Positions 36,296-50,339 of a stretch of 64,000 nt of DNA are shown piece after piece. The notes beneath the pieces were generated by a model. That model was not told where the DNA came from, searched no databases, and saw nothing but the letters and a program-made list of their open reading frames with translations. Numbering within the stretch: the first letter of the stretch is position 1; every line of letters starts with the position of its first letter. Position numbers and translations under genes: made by a program. The DNA comes from Basidiobolus meristosporus CBS 931.73 (Eukaryota > Fungi > Basidiobolomycota): positions 62,001 to 126,000 of the forward strand of contig MCFE01000011.1 in the NCBI GenBank assembly GCA_002104905.1, in the 5' to 3' direction.

Positions 36296-39130
36296 ATTGT
36301 AGTACCTGCATGTTGACTCATTTTCATATCTCCCCACACATTCAATTCATATAAAACTCCCAAAAGGTGAAGGAAGGCCCATATTCCCCACACGCCAAGC
36401 AAGATGCCCCTAAGGAAAAAACCAAGAAAAGGCCAGCAAAGTACCATCTTAACATTAGCTGAACTCCAAGTTTCTTGAAATTGGCAACACTCAGTAACTC
36501 TGTTGTTGACTGATGGGCAAGTAAGCAAACTATTTCTCCCGGAGCAGACTATGCCAACTAGTATCCATGCTAAATTTTGTAGTTAGCTACACTTCACATC
36601 CAGCAAAAACTGCACTTGGAATTTTGAACCAAAAACACAAGCTGAACACCAGCAAAATATTGTCAGAATACCAGCAGAGTACCAACTGAAAATCACATGA
36701 ATGCCAAGTCTGAGACTCTCGTAGGAATGGAGTAAAGAGTAAATACAGTATTGGTAGAGCTATACTCATTTAGCTTTATGCTTGTAATATAGCCACTCAA
36801 ATCTTGTCACAAATTCCTTGCATAAACACTGTAGATGTGTTAAGGTGATGTTGGTGATCTTCTTCTGGATAAATATTCCTACAATGCTAACATATTACTC
36901 CCAATGCTTCCCGTGTACACTTGGCAGAAGTAGCACCAGGAGGCCACTTGAATAAATCCATATCCAGTTCATCCAGTGTTTGCAGGTGTATTTTTGCATT
37001 TGTGTATGTATATTGATTGGAGCCTGTGAGAAGTACCTGAAGCAGCAGACACTCTGTAAGATCTTGCCAATTCTATCAAATTTCTCCAGTATCTCAAAGG
37101 GCTCATTTAGCTTAAAATACTGCATGTAAACTTGGTAACTAGTATAGGGATATTATTGAAAGAAAGTGCAGTTTGCCCAGTGGAAAGCAGATGCTCCAAC
37201 TGATACGCTCTATCTTAAGTATCTCTGGTTTGTGATTAATTCCATGTTATGGCCAATGACTTATAGCTTTCTAGCTTTGCTGTAACTGCATGCAGACTTT
37301 GGTGGGCTCACTCTGTGGGAAGGTGATCCTGTTGGTGTTTGTGTTTGAATAAAAATAATATGTGTGAGTTATGGAGTAAATCTCTTGATTTCATACATCT
37401 GATAGCAACACTGTCCATAGAGCCCAGATAAGCCAGCTTTCTTGCTGATGGCTGGGGTTTATCCAATGCAGATATTAATAAGCACCTTGATAAGATGGTT
37501 GCTTAGTAGTATCCAACAGGAAACCATACACAATTCATCCATCAATGGATTCAGGTAGCTATCCAGGTTGGATAGTGATCTAGGACCAGATAAAAATGAG
37601 ACTATCAACAGATTTCTGCTTTGATATGTAGGATAGGCAGCAGATTCTGGTTGATAAGAATCAGTGGCCAGCAGGATATGCTGGTAGAGTACTTGGTTTA
37701 TACTGAGTGCAGTACTTTAGATCTTTACAATACTTGTTGGAATGCATGAGCTTCTTTAGATGGGGTATTAATGGAATATATCAGGAGGGTAAACAATGTG
37801 GTCCTCCTATGATGGTGGATTTCTGACAAGTTGGATACCTTGCAATGGTTGCATTTTCTGATGTGAATGCCATGCAACTGTTAACACATGCTGGTATTAA
37901 GATGGTCTCTGGATCATATGTTGCCAGCCACACGACAGCTGTCAATCTTTAACCTGTACATGGTAATTGCATCCCAGAATGATCTTGGCAAGAAGTAGTA
38001 GTAAAACCTTCAAGCCCCCATTAGTGATATAGTTGGAAACATGCCACTTCTCTAGCCATAACATCACATCATTCACCAGTAGGTGAATTAATGGGCTCAC
38101 CTGGGTCCATAAAATTTCCTTGGCATTTTTTCCTCAGGTGTTGTCACATCATATATTGAGAACTTGCCAGACTCATGCAGGGTACTGTTATTTGGGGGGA
38201 TATGCTCACTATCTATCATTAAGCCTTCTTTTTCAGAGCTATCATTTGGCATGCCATATTCAGATGGCTGTGGTAAGCTCAAAGGTGTCACAAGCTCACC
38301 TGAGTCAGTTTGCACAAGGTGGCAAGTACAGCTAGGTGCCATTATAGCAGTGTCATATGAACAGCAGATTATTGTTGGTATAGCAGTGACTGATTAATGG
38401 CTAAATACAAGTTGTGTAGCAAAAACTGGTTATGATCCAGGTAATACTTAATATGTGGTCTGCATGCTTCATGGCTAAGAGGCTTATTTCAATAGCCAGA
38501 TTATCTTTTTTTTCTACTGGTATTGATTCAAAGTAGTCTTCTCCCTGGGGCAACCAGTTTGACACTCAACAACATAACACTATAATACCACTTTTTTGTC
38601 AATGCTTATGGTTTATGACACCCATGACAGATTATTGCAATGAACCTGTCAAAAGGCCATTACAGGTTCTAAGTTCTGTGACTAAGAAGTAATGCTTCTA
38701 TTAGGACACCATCCAAAGACAGTAAAAAATAATTGCACCCCAGATATCATAAAAAATGTAGTAAAAATATTTCATCACTACAATACAAAAGCATCTGTTG
38801 GTTGGTTCTCTGCCAATTTTCTCACTTTCTGATCTTGGATACCCTATCATCTCCTATGTTTGTGAGCATTGATTAGATATTTTTGCTTTTCACACTCCTT
38901 TTTATCAGACCCAACCATTTCTCTTATTTTTTATGCATACAAATTTATTTATTTCTGTTGAAATTTCAGGTGTACCTCAATTGCCAATTGTAATGACCTA
39001 TACAAGCCTCTATACCCTACACTAACATTAAACCCAACCCTACACCTTATAAGTACTCCATAAGTATTTTGGCTGTAACACTCTCCCCATAAAAAAATAG
39101 TTTGGTCCTGCAGGTGGATCCACTCCAGAT
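36296..39130 (-). pseudogene. CACTA tnp2 pseudogene copy 2 (internally deleted) plus upstream spacer
   Basis: Collinear with 24100-25260 and 27720-28660 without the MutS insert; ~38640-39100 is the reverse complement of ~30950-31410. Confidence 0.75.
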
Positions 39131-41730
39131 CAGCCATCAGGATCCTGTTTAGAGACTGTAATAACACCAGCAGCTTGGAATTAGTGACCCTCCTAACAAT
39201 CTTATGATGGAACATAACAGTATTTTGCTAATTTTACAAACAAACAAAGGGATAAAACTTGACAATATTTTATTGGTGCTGTGAAAATATTTGCATGGTA
39301 TTGTTGCAGCCTTCAAGCACTCTATATCCATTTTGAGTGGATCCAATTGACCAGGACATCCAATAGCCCTATACAGCAAGAAACTTGACGGTACTCTACG
39401 GCCTCACTGCAAAATTCTGATTGCTTTATACTGGCAGTATGACAGTCTACTACTGGTATAATGCTACCATACCAATTTATCAAATGGCATTTCCTTTCTT
39501 TACCTCCCCTTGTGCAATTCATATATTCCACTGTAAAATCACCCCTCTTTATTTGCTTACCCACAACCACCTTGGGTATTCCATATATAGCTTCAATCAA
39601 AAATAACTATGACCTCCTGCTTACTAACCTCTACAAACATGCACACCTACTGTGATTGACATACTTCTATAAACTCAACTTTACAGCTTTTTAGTATGAT
39701 ACTTGCAAAGTTCCCATATACCTTGTACTACTGGTAACATATAAATCTTGCAAGCATATGCTTAGTTGTTGCCACTTCTGCCATGAATACCTCCTGAATA
39801 TTAGCAAAGGACTTCTTGGTATTTAGCCAATATATTCCTTCTCCCTGCTGGATTCTAGTCCCTCATATAGGTGCACTCTGGCTTTTGAATGTGTGAAATC
39901 TGTATCAAATGGTGTAGAAGTTGGCATTTGGCCATGAGAAATCCGGCATACCTTGTTAGAGTGTTCCTGATAAAAATTAGTTGCTTGTGGCACCAAATTC
40001 AGCTCTGCATTACTTAACTGATAACATACCCATTGGGTTGCTTAGCTTCTTAGAGCTATAGGCATAGGTGTCTCCATGTGCATATTTGTCCCCAATATTT
40101 TCCAATTCTTTCTGGCTGTCCTCCACATGACAGCTCACCACATCCATGACAGACTTAAAGGTAATACTTGTGATGAGATTGGGGTATTGTAGTACCTGCA
40201 ACTTGACTTGTCTTCCTATCTCCCCACTCATTTGCTCCATAGGAAACTCCCAAAAGGTGAAGCACAGCCCAACATTCTCCACACACCGTGCAAGAAGGAG
40301 TAGAGAATGGATACAGTGGCAGCAGAGATCTACACTTTCAGCTTTATGTTTGTAGTATAGCCACTGAAATCCTGTAGCAAACTCCTCACACAACAGCTGT
40401 AGATGCATCAAGTTGACATTGGTGATCAGCTTCTGGATCAATACTCCTACAATACTGACACATAACTCTCAATGCTTCCAATGTACTCTTGGTAGGAATG
40501 GCTTCAGAAGGCCACTTGAATAATGCATATCCAGTTCATCCAGTCATTGTATTTGTATTGTTGCATATGTGTATGAATATTAGTTGGAGCCTGTGAGAAG
40601 TATTTAGGGTAGCGGAAACTCTGCAATATCTTGCCAATTCTTTCAAATTTCTCCGGTATCTTGAAGGGCTCATTTGACTTTAAAGGCCCCATGTACAGCT
40701 TGGTCATCAGTATGGGATATTGTTGAAAAGCAAATGCATTGCTCCCAGTGGAAAGCCTTTGCTCCAACAGATACTTGCTGTTTTAAGTATCTCTGGTTTC
40801 TAATTAATCCCATACTGTGGCCAATGGCTTATAGCTTGCTAACTTTGCTGCAATTGCATGTAGACTTCTGTACATTCTCTCTGAGGAAAGATGAAGCTTG
40901 TAATGCTGGTTTTTGGGAAATAACAATGTGTGTGAGTTATGGAGTAAATCACCAGGATCTCACACAGTCAACAGCAATACTATCCATTGTGCCCAGAAAA
41001 ACCTGCTATATTGCTGATGGCTGGGGTATTTCCAATGCAGATAACAATATGCGCTTTTACTTGACGGTGTTATGATCTGCCGCTTGAATGTTTAAGTTAG
41101 ATCAGTTTTTAGTCAAATCAATTAGTATATGTTTAGGTTATCAGTATATCAGTATTATCTATGAAATCAGTAGCATTAGTCAGCAAATGAATCAGCAGAT
41201 CCTTATCAGACAGAAATAGATATATTAAGCAGGATCTTTTTGGGTGATGATGATGCAATCAAATGAGTCATCAGCTACAACCTACATTAGGAAACTCAAT
41301 TAGTCAGCAATTGATCTGGCAACATGTATTTAAGGAGCTGCTGGAACCTCAATAAAAATCAGTTCAAGTTTTAGTGAATACAATACTAGCTAAACTCCCT
41401 ATTCCTCTACAACTCTTATACCAAGACTTGTAACAACGGTCATTTACTATTATCAGCTGGAAAGTATACTAGATTCATCCAGCAATGGATATAGGTAGCT
41501 ATCCAGGTTGGATGGTGATTTAGGCCCAGGTACCAGTGAGACTACCATCAGATTACTGCTCGGAAACCATTAAATGGGTGGCAGACTCAGATTGATGAGA
41601 ATCAGTGGCCAGCTGGACTTGCTGGTAGAGTACTTGTCTAATGAGATCTAACAAGTATTAATGCAAAGGCATGGTTATGGACTCATTGAAAGTAGCCCTG
41701 GCTTATTAGCTGTTTGAAATATTTGTGCTT
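39130..41730 (-). pseudogene. CACTA tnp2 pseudogene copy 3 with 3' flank, interrupted by a solo LTR
   Basis: DUF4218-like CIHSLLLLARCVENVGLCFTFWEFPMEQMSGEIGRQVK (ORF 40010-40441); collinear with copy 1. Confidence 0.78.
41068..41435 (+). repeat. Young solo LTR (368 bp) with 4-bp TSD ACGG
   Basis: TGTTATGA...TTGTAACA; ACGG at 41064-41067 and 41436-41439; removing it restores the length of the homologous site at ~25050. Confidence 0.88.
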
Positions 41731-41759
41731 GATTGAAACTGAGTGTGATATATATAGCC

Positions 41760-44520
41760 TGATGTAACTGCAGAGAAATACCATACAGTCTTTGAAGCAC
41801 AACAACAGTGCCTAAAGACAAAGCTCACAGAAAAACCTATCACAGTGTGGCAGGGTGACAATGCAGTGTTTATACAAAAGCCTAAAATCCAAAGACATTG
41901 AAATATGTGAAGCTGTTGAGTGCAATAATGAAGAGTGGGCTAATATTCATAAGGCTGCCAGAAGTCTAGCATACCATCACCTTAAGGCTGGCATACCATG
42001 GGACCATCAGGATCTCAAGGCCAAGCAGAATGCACTTGACTTGTTCCTTGAGCATTATTTTGGACTCAAGTGGGCAAACAGATTTTGGTCCAGAATTGGT
42101 ATGCTAAGAAAGTATCTTAAGAATAGCAGAAACTATCTAAGGCAGAAGTACAAGGGTGCCATGGCTCAAGACCAGCAGCTTCCCCAAGAGCTGGTTACAA
42201 GCAGAGCCAAAGGCTTCAGTTAAGTATCAAAGAGACATCAGGTACCTGGAAGAGTGCCAATTAGGGATATGCAGGCAACAGAGATGCACCAGCACAACAT
42301 ATATCAAGGAAAAAGTGCAGTACCACTGAAGAATCACCCAGTCAAAGTAGCAGTGAAGGATGTGGGAGTCATAAAACCAGTGGCTTTTACAGGAGCCTAT
42401 CACAACCACTGTTCAGAGCTCAATACAAGCGGAAACAAACATCAGGTTGCCAGAGGAGTGCTAGCAAGGGACAAGCAGGCCAGTACAGATGCAGCAGAGC
42501 AGAATTCATCCAGGAGAAAATGTAGTTGTTTACACAATGCACTCATACAAAGTAACAGCAAAAGACCTGGCAGTGATGAAGGAAAATATAAAAGGAATAA
42601 TGTATACCCAAGCCTGAGACAAGGAGGCATGCAAACAAAATGCAGCTTGCACCAATTAACACCGCAAGCCAGGAACAGACGGAATCCCTTCATAGCCAAG
42701 AAAAATTACCAACAAGAAAGCAGCTGTTTTCACAAGAGTTGGTAGCACAGCCAGTTGAGCTAACCACTAGCAAGGTAGATTAGTTTACTGACATAGGCAA
42801 TTTGTTGACCACAGCCTCCACATTCTCCATTGTTGACTGAGTGGGGATACCACTGACAGACAAGGCTACAACATCAAGAGCTCAAAAGACTATCACAATG
42901 CCTTCAGTGCAGTATTGGAACATTAATAGGCACACCAAGAGGTTGCAGCACTTCTTCAAGAGCAGTGCTCCAGAAAATGCACTGGAATATTGCAAGGATT
43001 TATTGCAAAGACTGGCAGATGAGGTGCTAGACCATGCAGTGCTGGCTGAAGACCTGGACATGTGGGAACCAGTGAATGAACAGTAGCATAAAGCCATTGG
43101 CTTCTTGCCAAAGGCATGGAACCAGAGCATTACAGCAGAACTATTTATTGAATGGTGGAATTTAATGGAGCTAATTGTTGGGTGTGGGGTTGGGCTCAAT
43201 GTTAATGTAGGTAATAAGGACTTGTATAGGCCAATACAATTGGCAATTGCAGTACAACTAAAGTCTCAATTAAGATAAATCAATTTGTACGCATGAAAAG
43301 TAAGAGAAACAGTTGAGTCAGGAAGTAAGGAGTGTGAAAAAGAGGCAACAGTCAATCAATGCACACAAACATAGGAAGCAATAGAGTATCCAGGATCAGA
43401 AAGTGAGCAAGTTGGCAGGGAACCCATCAAAACCAACTTATACATTGTTGTGATGAAAATTTTGACTATTTTTTTGTGATATCCAGGGAGAAATATTTCT
43501 CAATGGTCTCTGAGAGGTGTCCTGATGGGATCAGTACCTCTTAGTCACGGGACTTTATCTTTGTGACAGCCTCTTGAAGGGATCATCTCAATAATTTTTC
43601 ATAGGGTCTGTTTCCACAACTTGGGTGGGAGTTCTACAGCTTTTGTCATTGCTCATACACTGGTCCCCAAACATCCTGGACTTTAGCTGGCACTGCAAGG
43701 TCAAATTCCTCATCTGCCAGTCTTGGCAATAAGTCCTTGCAATATTCAAGTGCATTTTCTTGAGCGCTGTTCTTAAAGAAATACTGGAACCTCTTAATGT
43801 GCCTATTAATTTTCCAAAACTCCACCAAAGGTATTGTGATAGTCTTTTAAGTTCTTGGCATTGTTAATTTGTCTGCCAGTGGGATCTCCACTCTATCAAA
43901 TATGGAGTATATGTAGGCAGTGGTGGACAAATTGCCTTCCTCTGCAAACTCTTTGTTTGCCCATTTCAGTCCAGGATGATGCTCATGTAGCAAGTCAAGT
44001 GCATTCTGTTTGGCCTTAAGTTCCTGATGGTCCCATGGTATGCCAGCCTTGAGGTGTTTGTGTGCTAGACTTCTCAAAACCTCTTGAATGTTAGCCCACA
44101 CTTCATCATCATACTCAACAGCTTCATGGTTCCTCAATGTTGTCTGATTTTTAGGCTTTGGTATAAACACTACATTTTCTCCTTTCCATGCTGTAATAGA
44201 TTTTTCTGTAGGCTTTATCTTTGGGCACTGTTGCTGAGTTTCAAAGACTGTATGGTGCTTCTCTGCTGCTACATTGGGAAATGGCTAAACTCTTGGCTGT
44301 GACATTGATCTACTTGAGTACCATTTTCTCAGTAAAGATGCTGCTCTCTTTACTTGGGATGCAGATTGCTCTACACCTTGTATCTGCCCATTCTGTCTTT
44401 GGACTTTTTCCTGATTTCTCTGGACCATTGTATCTATCCAATCAGCCACTGCACCTGATTGCCTCATTAATGCTGTGTTGGGCTATAGTGATACCCACTG
44501 ACAGATGTGCTCATTCCGGT
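41760..44520. mobile_element. Two more copies of the CACTA-associated second-ORF region (+ ~41760-43610; - ~43615-44520)
   Basis: Shared peptide AHKHLKAGIPWDHQELKAKQNALDL in ORFs 41855-42223 (+) and 43847-44170 (-). Confidence 0.7.
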
Positions 44521-45094
44521 ATTTTCTACTTCCCTATTACTCTACTACACTTATTTTAGTTTTATCCCATTAGTCTTACTTGATCAGCACTATTCCATAA
44601 GCTGGCTAACTATCATGGCTGCTTACCTTATTGTATAAGTTATCCCTTGCTTTATGTAAGATGACTAACTATAAGTACTTCTATATTTGGCAAGTACATG
44701 ATGAGTAATCATTTATCCAGTGAGAAAATTATATAAGGGAGGCAATCCCTCAGCAATAAATCATCATCCCTTTTATCAATGTACTAACTTGTTGATTAGT
44801 ATGTTCACTGCCACCTGCTGCTACCTGAACTTCCAACCCCAGACCACAGGACTGTTGAAATATTGGACTATTTGGTATCATTCAGCAGCTAAAAATTTAC
44901 TTAACAATTCTAGACTAGTCTTAGTCATTGTAGGACTCATTTACTGCCTTAACTTTGCCACTCTCTCCAGATATATGAACTTATAATTATTCCCCTATAG
45001 TCGGGATCAAATTAGCACTATTACCAAACATTATGTACTAACCCTGAAACTGTTACAGAATGCTCCTGAATATTGAGAAACCCTCCCTACTTAG

Positions 45095-47780
45095 TGTTGC
45101 AGCTGTATTACTTCTACAAAGGTATAAATACCAAGCTTCTTTATGAATAAACAACAGTTCAACTATTATCACTATTTTCTTGATAAGTTCCTTATATCCA
45201 AATAACTTCTTAAATTGCAACAGGTTATGAGCCCTGATTGCCTTAATCTATTCTAAAGATGACTTCTACCAGCAAACAAAGCAATACCAACATCTTCCCT
45301 GTAAGGGAGAGGTTTGATGGGAAGAACTACAGACTTTGGAGAATCAAGATGCTGATCCACCTTGAGGAAAGAAAGCTTTGGAACATAGTAACAGGAAAGG
45401 AAGTTGAGCCCAAAGGAACAGCAAAAGATGTGGAGAAGTTTCCAGAGAAGGAGAGAAAGGCCTTCAATGCTATATGCATCAATGTGCAAGACTCCTTCAT
45501 TGGACAAATCCATGCCTCAAATACTGCCAAAGCAGCATGGGAATCCTTAGTGAAGATCTTTAGAGCAAAGTCAGTATCAAGCAAGCTTTATTTGAAACAA
45601 AAGTTCTTCAACATGAGGAAGAAGCCAGATGATGACATGCTACAACTCATTACCAGAATGGAGACACTTCCAGAAGAACTTTACAGTATTAATGCTGGTG
45701 TAGATGATGAAGAAAAGATACTCTGTCTGCTTTGCAGCCTACCAGACAATTATGAGCCACTCATACTTTCTTTTGAAAGCAGAGAAGACAACTTGACTTT
45801 AGACTATGTCAAAGGGAGACTTCTCCATGAAGAACTCCGACGTAATGATCAAGCAGAGAAAGTTGAAGATAATGCTTTATTCAGTTCAGAAAGGCATACA
45901 GAAAAGAAGGGAAAGCAACAAAACCAAAGAAAACCTGGCTGCTGTAACTACTTTAAGAAGCCAGGACACTGGGCAAGAGAATGCAAGAAGAAACAAGCAG
46001 ACAAAAAACAGAAACTAGAGCAGGCAAACCATATAACCACTGATAAGCAGTTATTTGTAACTGTACAAGAGAGTGCAAGTGACCAAAGTAATGAATGGTA
46101 TATTGACTCTGGAGTATCACAGCATATTTGTGGTATAAAGGATTGGCTCAGCGACTTAAAGACTATTCCTGTAAGAAAGGTTTATCTGGGAGATAACTCT
46201 GCATTGGAAGCTACCGCCAGTGGGTCTATACAACTAAATATGAGTGATAATGCAGGGCAACAACAGTAAAACTGACTGACGTACTCTATGTACCTGGAAT
46301 AGCTAAGAACCTACTCTCAGTCAGTAAAGCAACTACTCAGGGACTTAAACTTGTTTTTACTAAGCTGAGCTGCTCAATATTGAGTGAAAATGGACAAAAA
46401 TTAGCTTTGGGAATCAGAGATCACAATATATTCAAGATACAATGCAAGATCATTGTACCTGAGTATGTCAACATTGCTGAAACTGATGAAACCAACTGGG
46501 AGACGTGGCATAGGAGGCTAGGACACATAGGGGAACAGAAAATGAGCCAATTGGTGAAAAATCAGCTTGTTTTGGGCCTAAAATACTCAATTCTGATCAA
46601 ATTGAATGTTTGTAAGGGATGTTCATTTGGCAAACAAGCTAGGCAACGTTTCAAGAGCTCAGAAGGCATAAAATATCACCAAAATATTGGCTATTGTACA
46701 CTCAGACATATGTGGCCCCATGAGAACACTGTCCTTTGGAGCCAAGAGATACTTTATGACGTTTATTGATGACAAGACAAGATATACATGGGTGTACTTC
46801 CTCAAAACAAAAGATGAAGCTTTAGAGACATTTAAGCACTTCAAGCACATGGCAGAAACACAAACTGGGTGTAAATTGAAGGTACTACAAAGTGACAATG
46901 GAGGAGAATACTGCTCAAAGGAGTTTGCAAAATACTGCTTGTCTACTGGTATACTTCAACAGACCACAGTTCCTCATACTCCACAGCAAAATGAAGTAGC
47001 AGAATGTGCAAATAGAACAATAGTAGAGATGGGAAGATCTATGCTACATGATAAGGGAATGGACTACACGTTTTGGGCTGAATCTGTTGCTACTGCTGTA
47101 TACATCAAGAACAGATACCCAACAACAGCACTACGTGATTTTACACCCTCTGAAGCATATACAGGCAAAAAACCAGATCTCCAGCACCTCAGGATCTTTG
47201 GCAGTGATGTTTTTTATCACATCCCTGACAAAAAACGCTCAAAGTTGGAACCAAAGAGTAGGAAAGGGATCTTTCTTGGGTATTGTGAAGATACTAAAGG
47301 GTATAGAGTGTATGATGGCAAAATTCAGAAGCTGATCAAGAGCAGGGACGTTGTATTTGAGGAGAATTCAGATCAGAAAGCCACAGATATCATTGGCCAG
47401 CTGCCTGAGGATGCAATCAACATAAATGAAGAAGATACGTACCAAATCCAGCCAGAGATGGAAGATACTTCTACCAGTTCCAGATCAGAACAGATTATCC
47501 CAGTTAGGAGATCTACCAGAATAAGAAATGCCCCTGGATCCTGGTGGCAGACATCCAATGATCATGAAGAAGCTTATCTTGCCTTATGTGCCAAACCCCA
47601 GAATCTGGAACAGGCAATGCAAGGTCCAGATGCTACTAAGTGGCAACAAGCCATGCAGGAGGAGTACCAATCACTGACCAAGGCAAAAACGTGGGAACTG
47701 GTAGATTTACCAAATGGGAGAAAGCCAATAGGATGTAGATGGGACTACAAGATCAAGATAACCTCAAATGGTGCTGATCT
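45095..47780 (+). mobile_element. Copia family B, fairly intact 5' half: 128-bp LTR (45095-45222), PBS, gag, PR, GAG-pre-integrase, integrase, start of RT; 3' truncated
   Basis: TGTTGCA...TGCAACA LTR; PBS GGTTATGAGCCC at 45223; gag FDGKNYRLWRIKM and knuckle-like CNYFKKPGHWAREC; WYIDSGVSQH; integrase HSDICGP...FIDDKTRYTW...QSDNGGEY...PQQNEVAE; RT start WELVDLPNGRKPIGCRW. Confidence 0.93.
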
Positions 47781-47799
47781 AGGGGACTTACTCTATAAC

Positions 47800-50029
47800 T
47801 CACACACATTATTATTACCCAAACACCAGCACTAAGAACATCATCATTTCACAAGGAGAATGTACAGAAGTAAGCATGCAATTGCAGCCAAGTTGGCAAG
47901 CTACAAGCCATGGAGCAGAATATGGAATTAATCAGAAGTCAAGATACTTACAACAGAGGGTATCTGCTGGCACAAAAGCATTCCACTGGGAGCAATTTAC
48001 TTGCTTTTCAATAATATCTCTACAGTGATGCCCAAGTTGCATGTAGTTTATTTCAAGCTAAATGAACCCTTTAAGATACTAGAGAGGTTTGAGAGAACTG
48101 GCATGATATTACAGAGTATCTGCTACCCTAAGTAGCTCTCACAGGCTCCTATCATCATTCATATGCATTTGCAGCAATACAAATGCAAGGAAAGGATGAA
48201 CTGGACATATATGGATTCAAGTGTCCTTCTGAAGTCATCTCTACTAAGACTACATTGGAAACATTGGAAACACATGTGGACATTGTAGAAATGTTTATCC
48301 AGAAGCAGATCACTAATGCCAACTTGTGTTCTATAGCTAGTTCTGTATGATGCTACTGTACCAATATACTAAGTGGTATTTCCTTTTTCTACCTCCCCTT
48401 GCGTAAGTCATATATTTCACTGTAGAATCACCCCTCTTTATTTGCTTGCTCATTACTACCTTGGGAATTACACATATAGTTTGAATCAGAAATACTATGG
48501 CCTCCGGCTTACTAACCTCTACATATGTGCATACCTGCTGCAGCTGGCACAATTGTATCATCACAACTTCACAGCCATTCAGTGTTGTTCTTGCCAAGTT
48601 ACCTTAGACCTTGTATTGCTGAAACTATATACATCTTGCAACAATATATTTAGTTGTCACCACTTTTACCATAAACCTCTCCAATATCTGCAATATACCT
48701 TTTGGTACTTGACCAATATATTTCTTCTCCCTGTTGGACTCTAGAGCCCCTTGTTGGTGGGCTCTAGCTCATGTTGGTGTGAATTCCATATTGAATGGTG
48801 CTTAAATTAGCTTGTACCCAGGAAAACCCCGTCACACTTTGATGAAGTTGTGCTAATAAGAGTTAGAAGCTCTTGGCATCTAACCAAACCTTGCCTCAAT
48901 GGATTGGTCTCCCACTCACTGGGGCTTTTTAGCTTCTGAATGCCATAGGCATATGTATCTCCATGTATACATATATACTGAGCATCTTACAACACTTGCT
49001 GACTGTCCTTCACATGATAGCCCATCACATCTATCATGCACTTGTAGGTAATATTCTTGATGAGACTGGGATATGGCTGTAACTAAACTTGTCTTTCTCT
49101 CTCCCCACATATCTGTTTCATAGGAAACTGTTAAGATGTGGAACAAGGTCCTATATTCTCTACACACCTAGAAGTATAGAGTAGAGAATGAATACAGTAG
49201 CAGCAGTGATTTATTTACTCAGCCTTATACTTGTAGTATAGACACTCAAATTCTGTCACAAAATTCTGGCATAAAAGCCAAAAAATATTCTCACAATCTT
49301 TATACATGACTCCCAATGCTTCCAATGTACTCTGGATAGAAATTGCCTCAGAAGGCAACATGAATTATCACATAGCTAGTTCATCCAGCCCTTTCATTTA
49401 TATTGTTGCATTTGCATAAAAATATAAACTGGTGCTCATGAGAAGTACTTGGGTAATAGATACTCTGTAATATCTTGACATTTTCTTATATTTCTCCAAT
49501 ATCTCAAGGGGTTCATTTAGCTTGAGATACCTAACTTACAACTTGCTGATTGGTATTGGGATATTGTTGAAGTAGAAATGCATTGCTCTCAGTGCAAAGC
49601 TTTTGCTCCAACAGATTCTGTCTATCATCAGTATCCCAGGTTCTTGCCTAGTTCTGCAAATCAGGCTAACCGCTTTTAGAATGCCAACTTTGCTGTAGGT
49701 GCATTCTTGCTTCAGTGCAATCTTTGTGGATTGATGATGCTCTGCAAGTTGGTGCTTGGATAGTAATAATGTGGGTGTGTTGTGAAAAAAATCCTGTTGA
49801 TGTTACACAATCAACTGCAATACTATCCATTGTGCCCAGAACAGCCAGCTATATTGCTGATTGCTGCAGTATCTTCAGTGCAGATCATATTTTGTGCTCA
49901 GGCATGCAAGCCACTTACTAGTATCCTGCTGGATAGCATAAAAGATTCATGCAGCAAGGGGTTTAGGTGGCTATCCAGGTTCAATGGCAATTTAGTCCCA
50001 GGTTCAATGGCAATTTAGTCCCAGATATC
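47800..50029 (-). pseudogene. Further CACTA tnp2 fragments (copies 4-5) with 3' flank
   Basis: Collinear with ~40430-40850, ~39400-39980 and ~24050-25150. Confidence 0.7.
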
Positions 50030-50339
50030 AGACTTGTTCCATTGGATAGTGCCACATAATGCTGGCCAATTTATAGTGTCAGATCTATCCACCAATCTGT
50101 GGCTCTATCTGGCACAGTAATCCTACCAAGATGCCAGTGATAGGATGCGGTTACTGGTAGTCTTGCTGAATCTGACTGATGTTGCTTAGAGCAGCACTTT
50201 ACTTGCATTGTTTATTTCTCATAATGCCCCATACATATTTCTCTCAGTTAGTGCCTTCTTGTATGAGTATACTGTGCATTAACAATGAAAGTCCAAAGAG
50301 TAACAAGTTGCAGCTCATTCACTGCTGTAAGGGTTTTGC

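Noticed and set aside
38770-38790. CACTA pentamer as a transposon terminus
   Set aside because: Not conserved in the homologous copies (~31250, ~43445), and no matching TIR or TSD found.
29828-41435. Two ~367-bp direct repeats as the paired LTRs of one 11.6-kb element enclosing the gypsy ORFs
   Set aside because: Each has its own TSD (AAAA versus ACGG), and the gypsy has a different 696-bp LTR (35600-36295).
49975-50020. 23-bp perfect tandem duplication
   Set aside because: Simple local duplication in a dead transposase; no function inferable.
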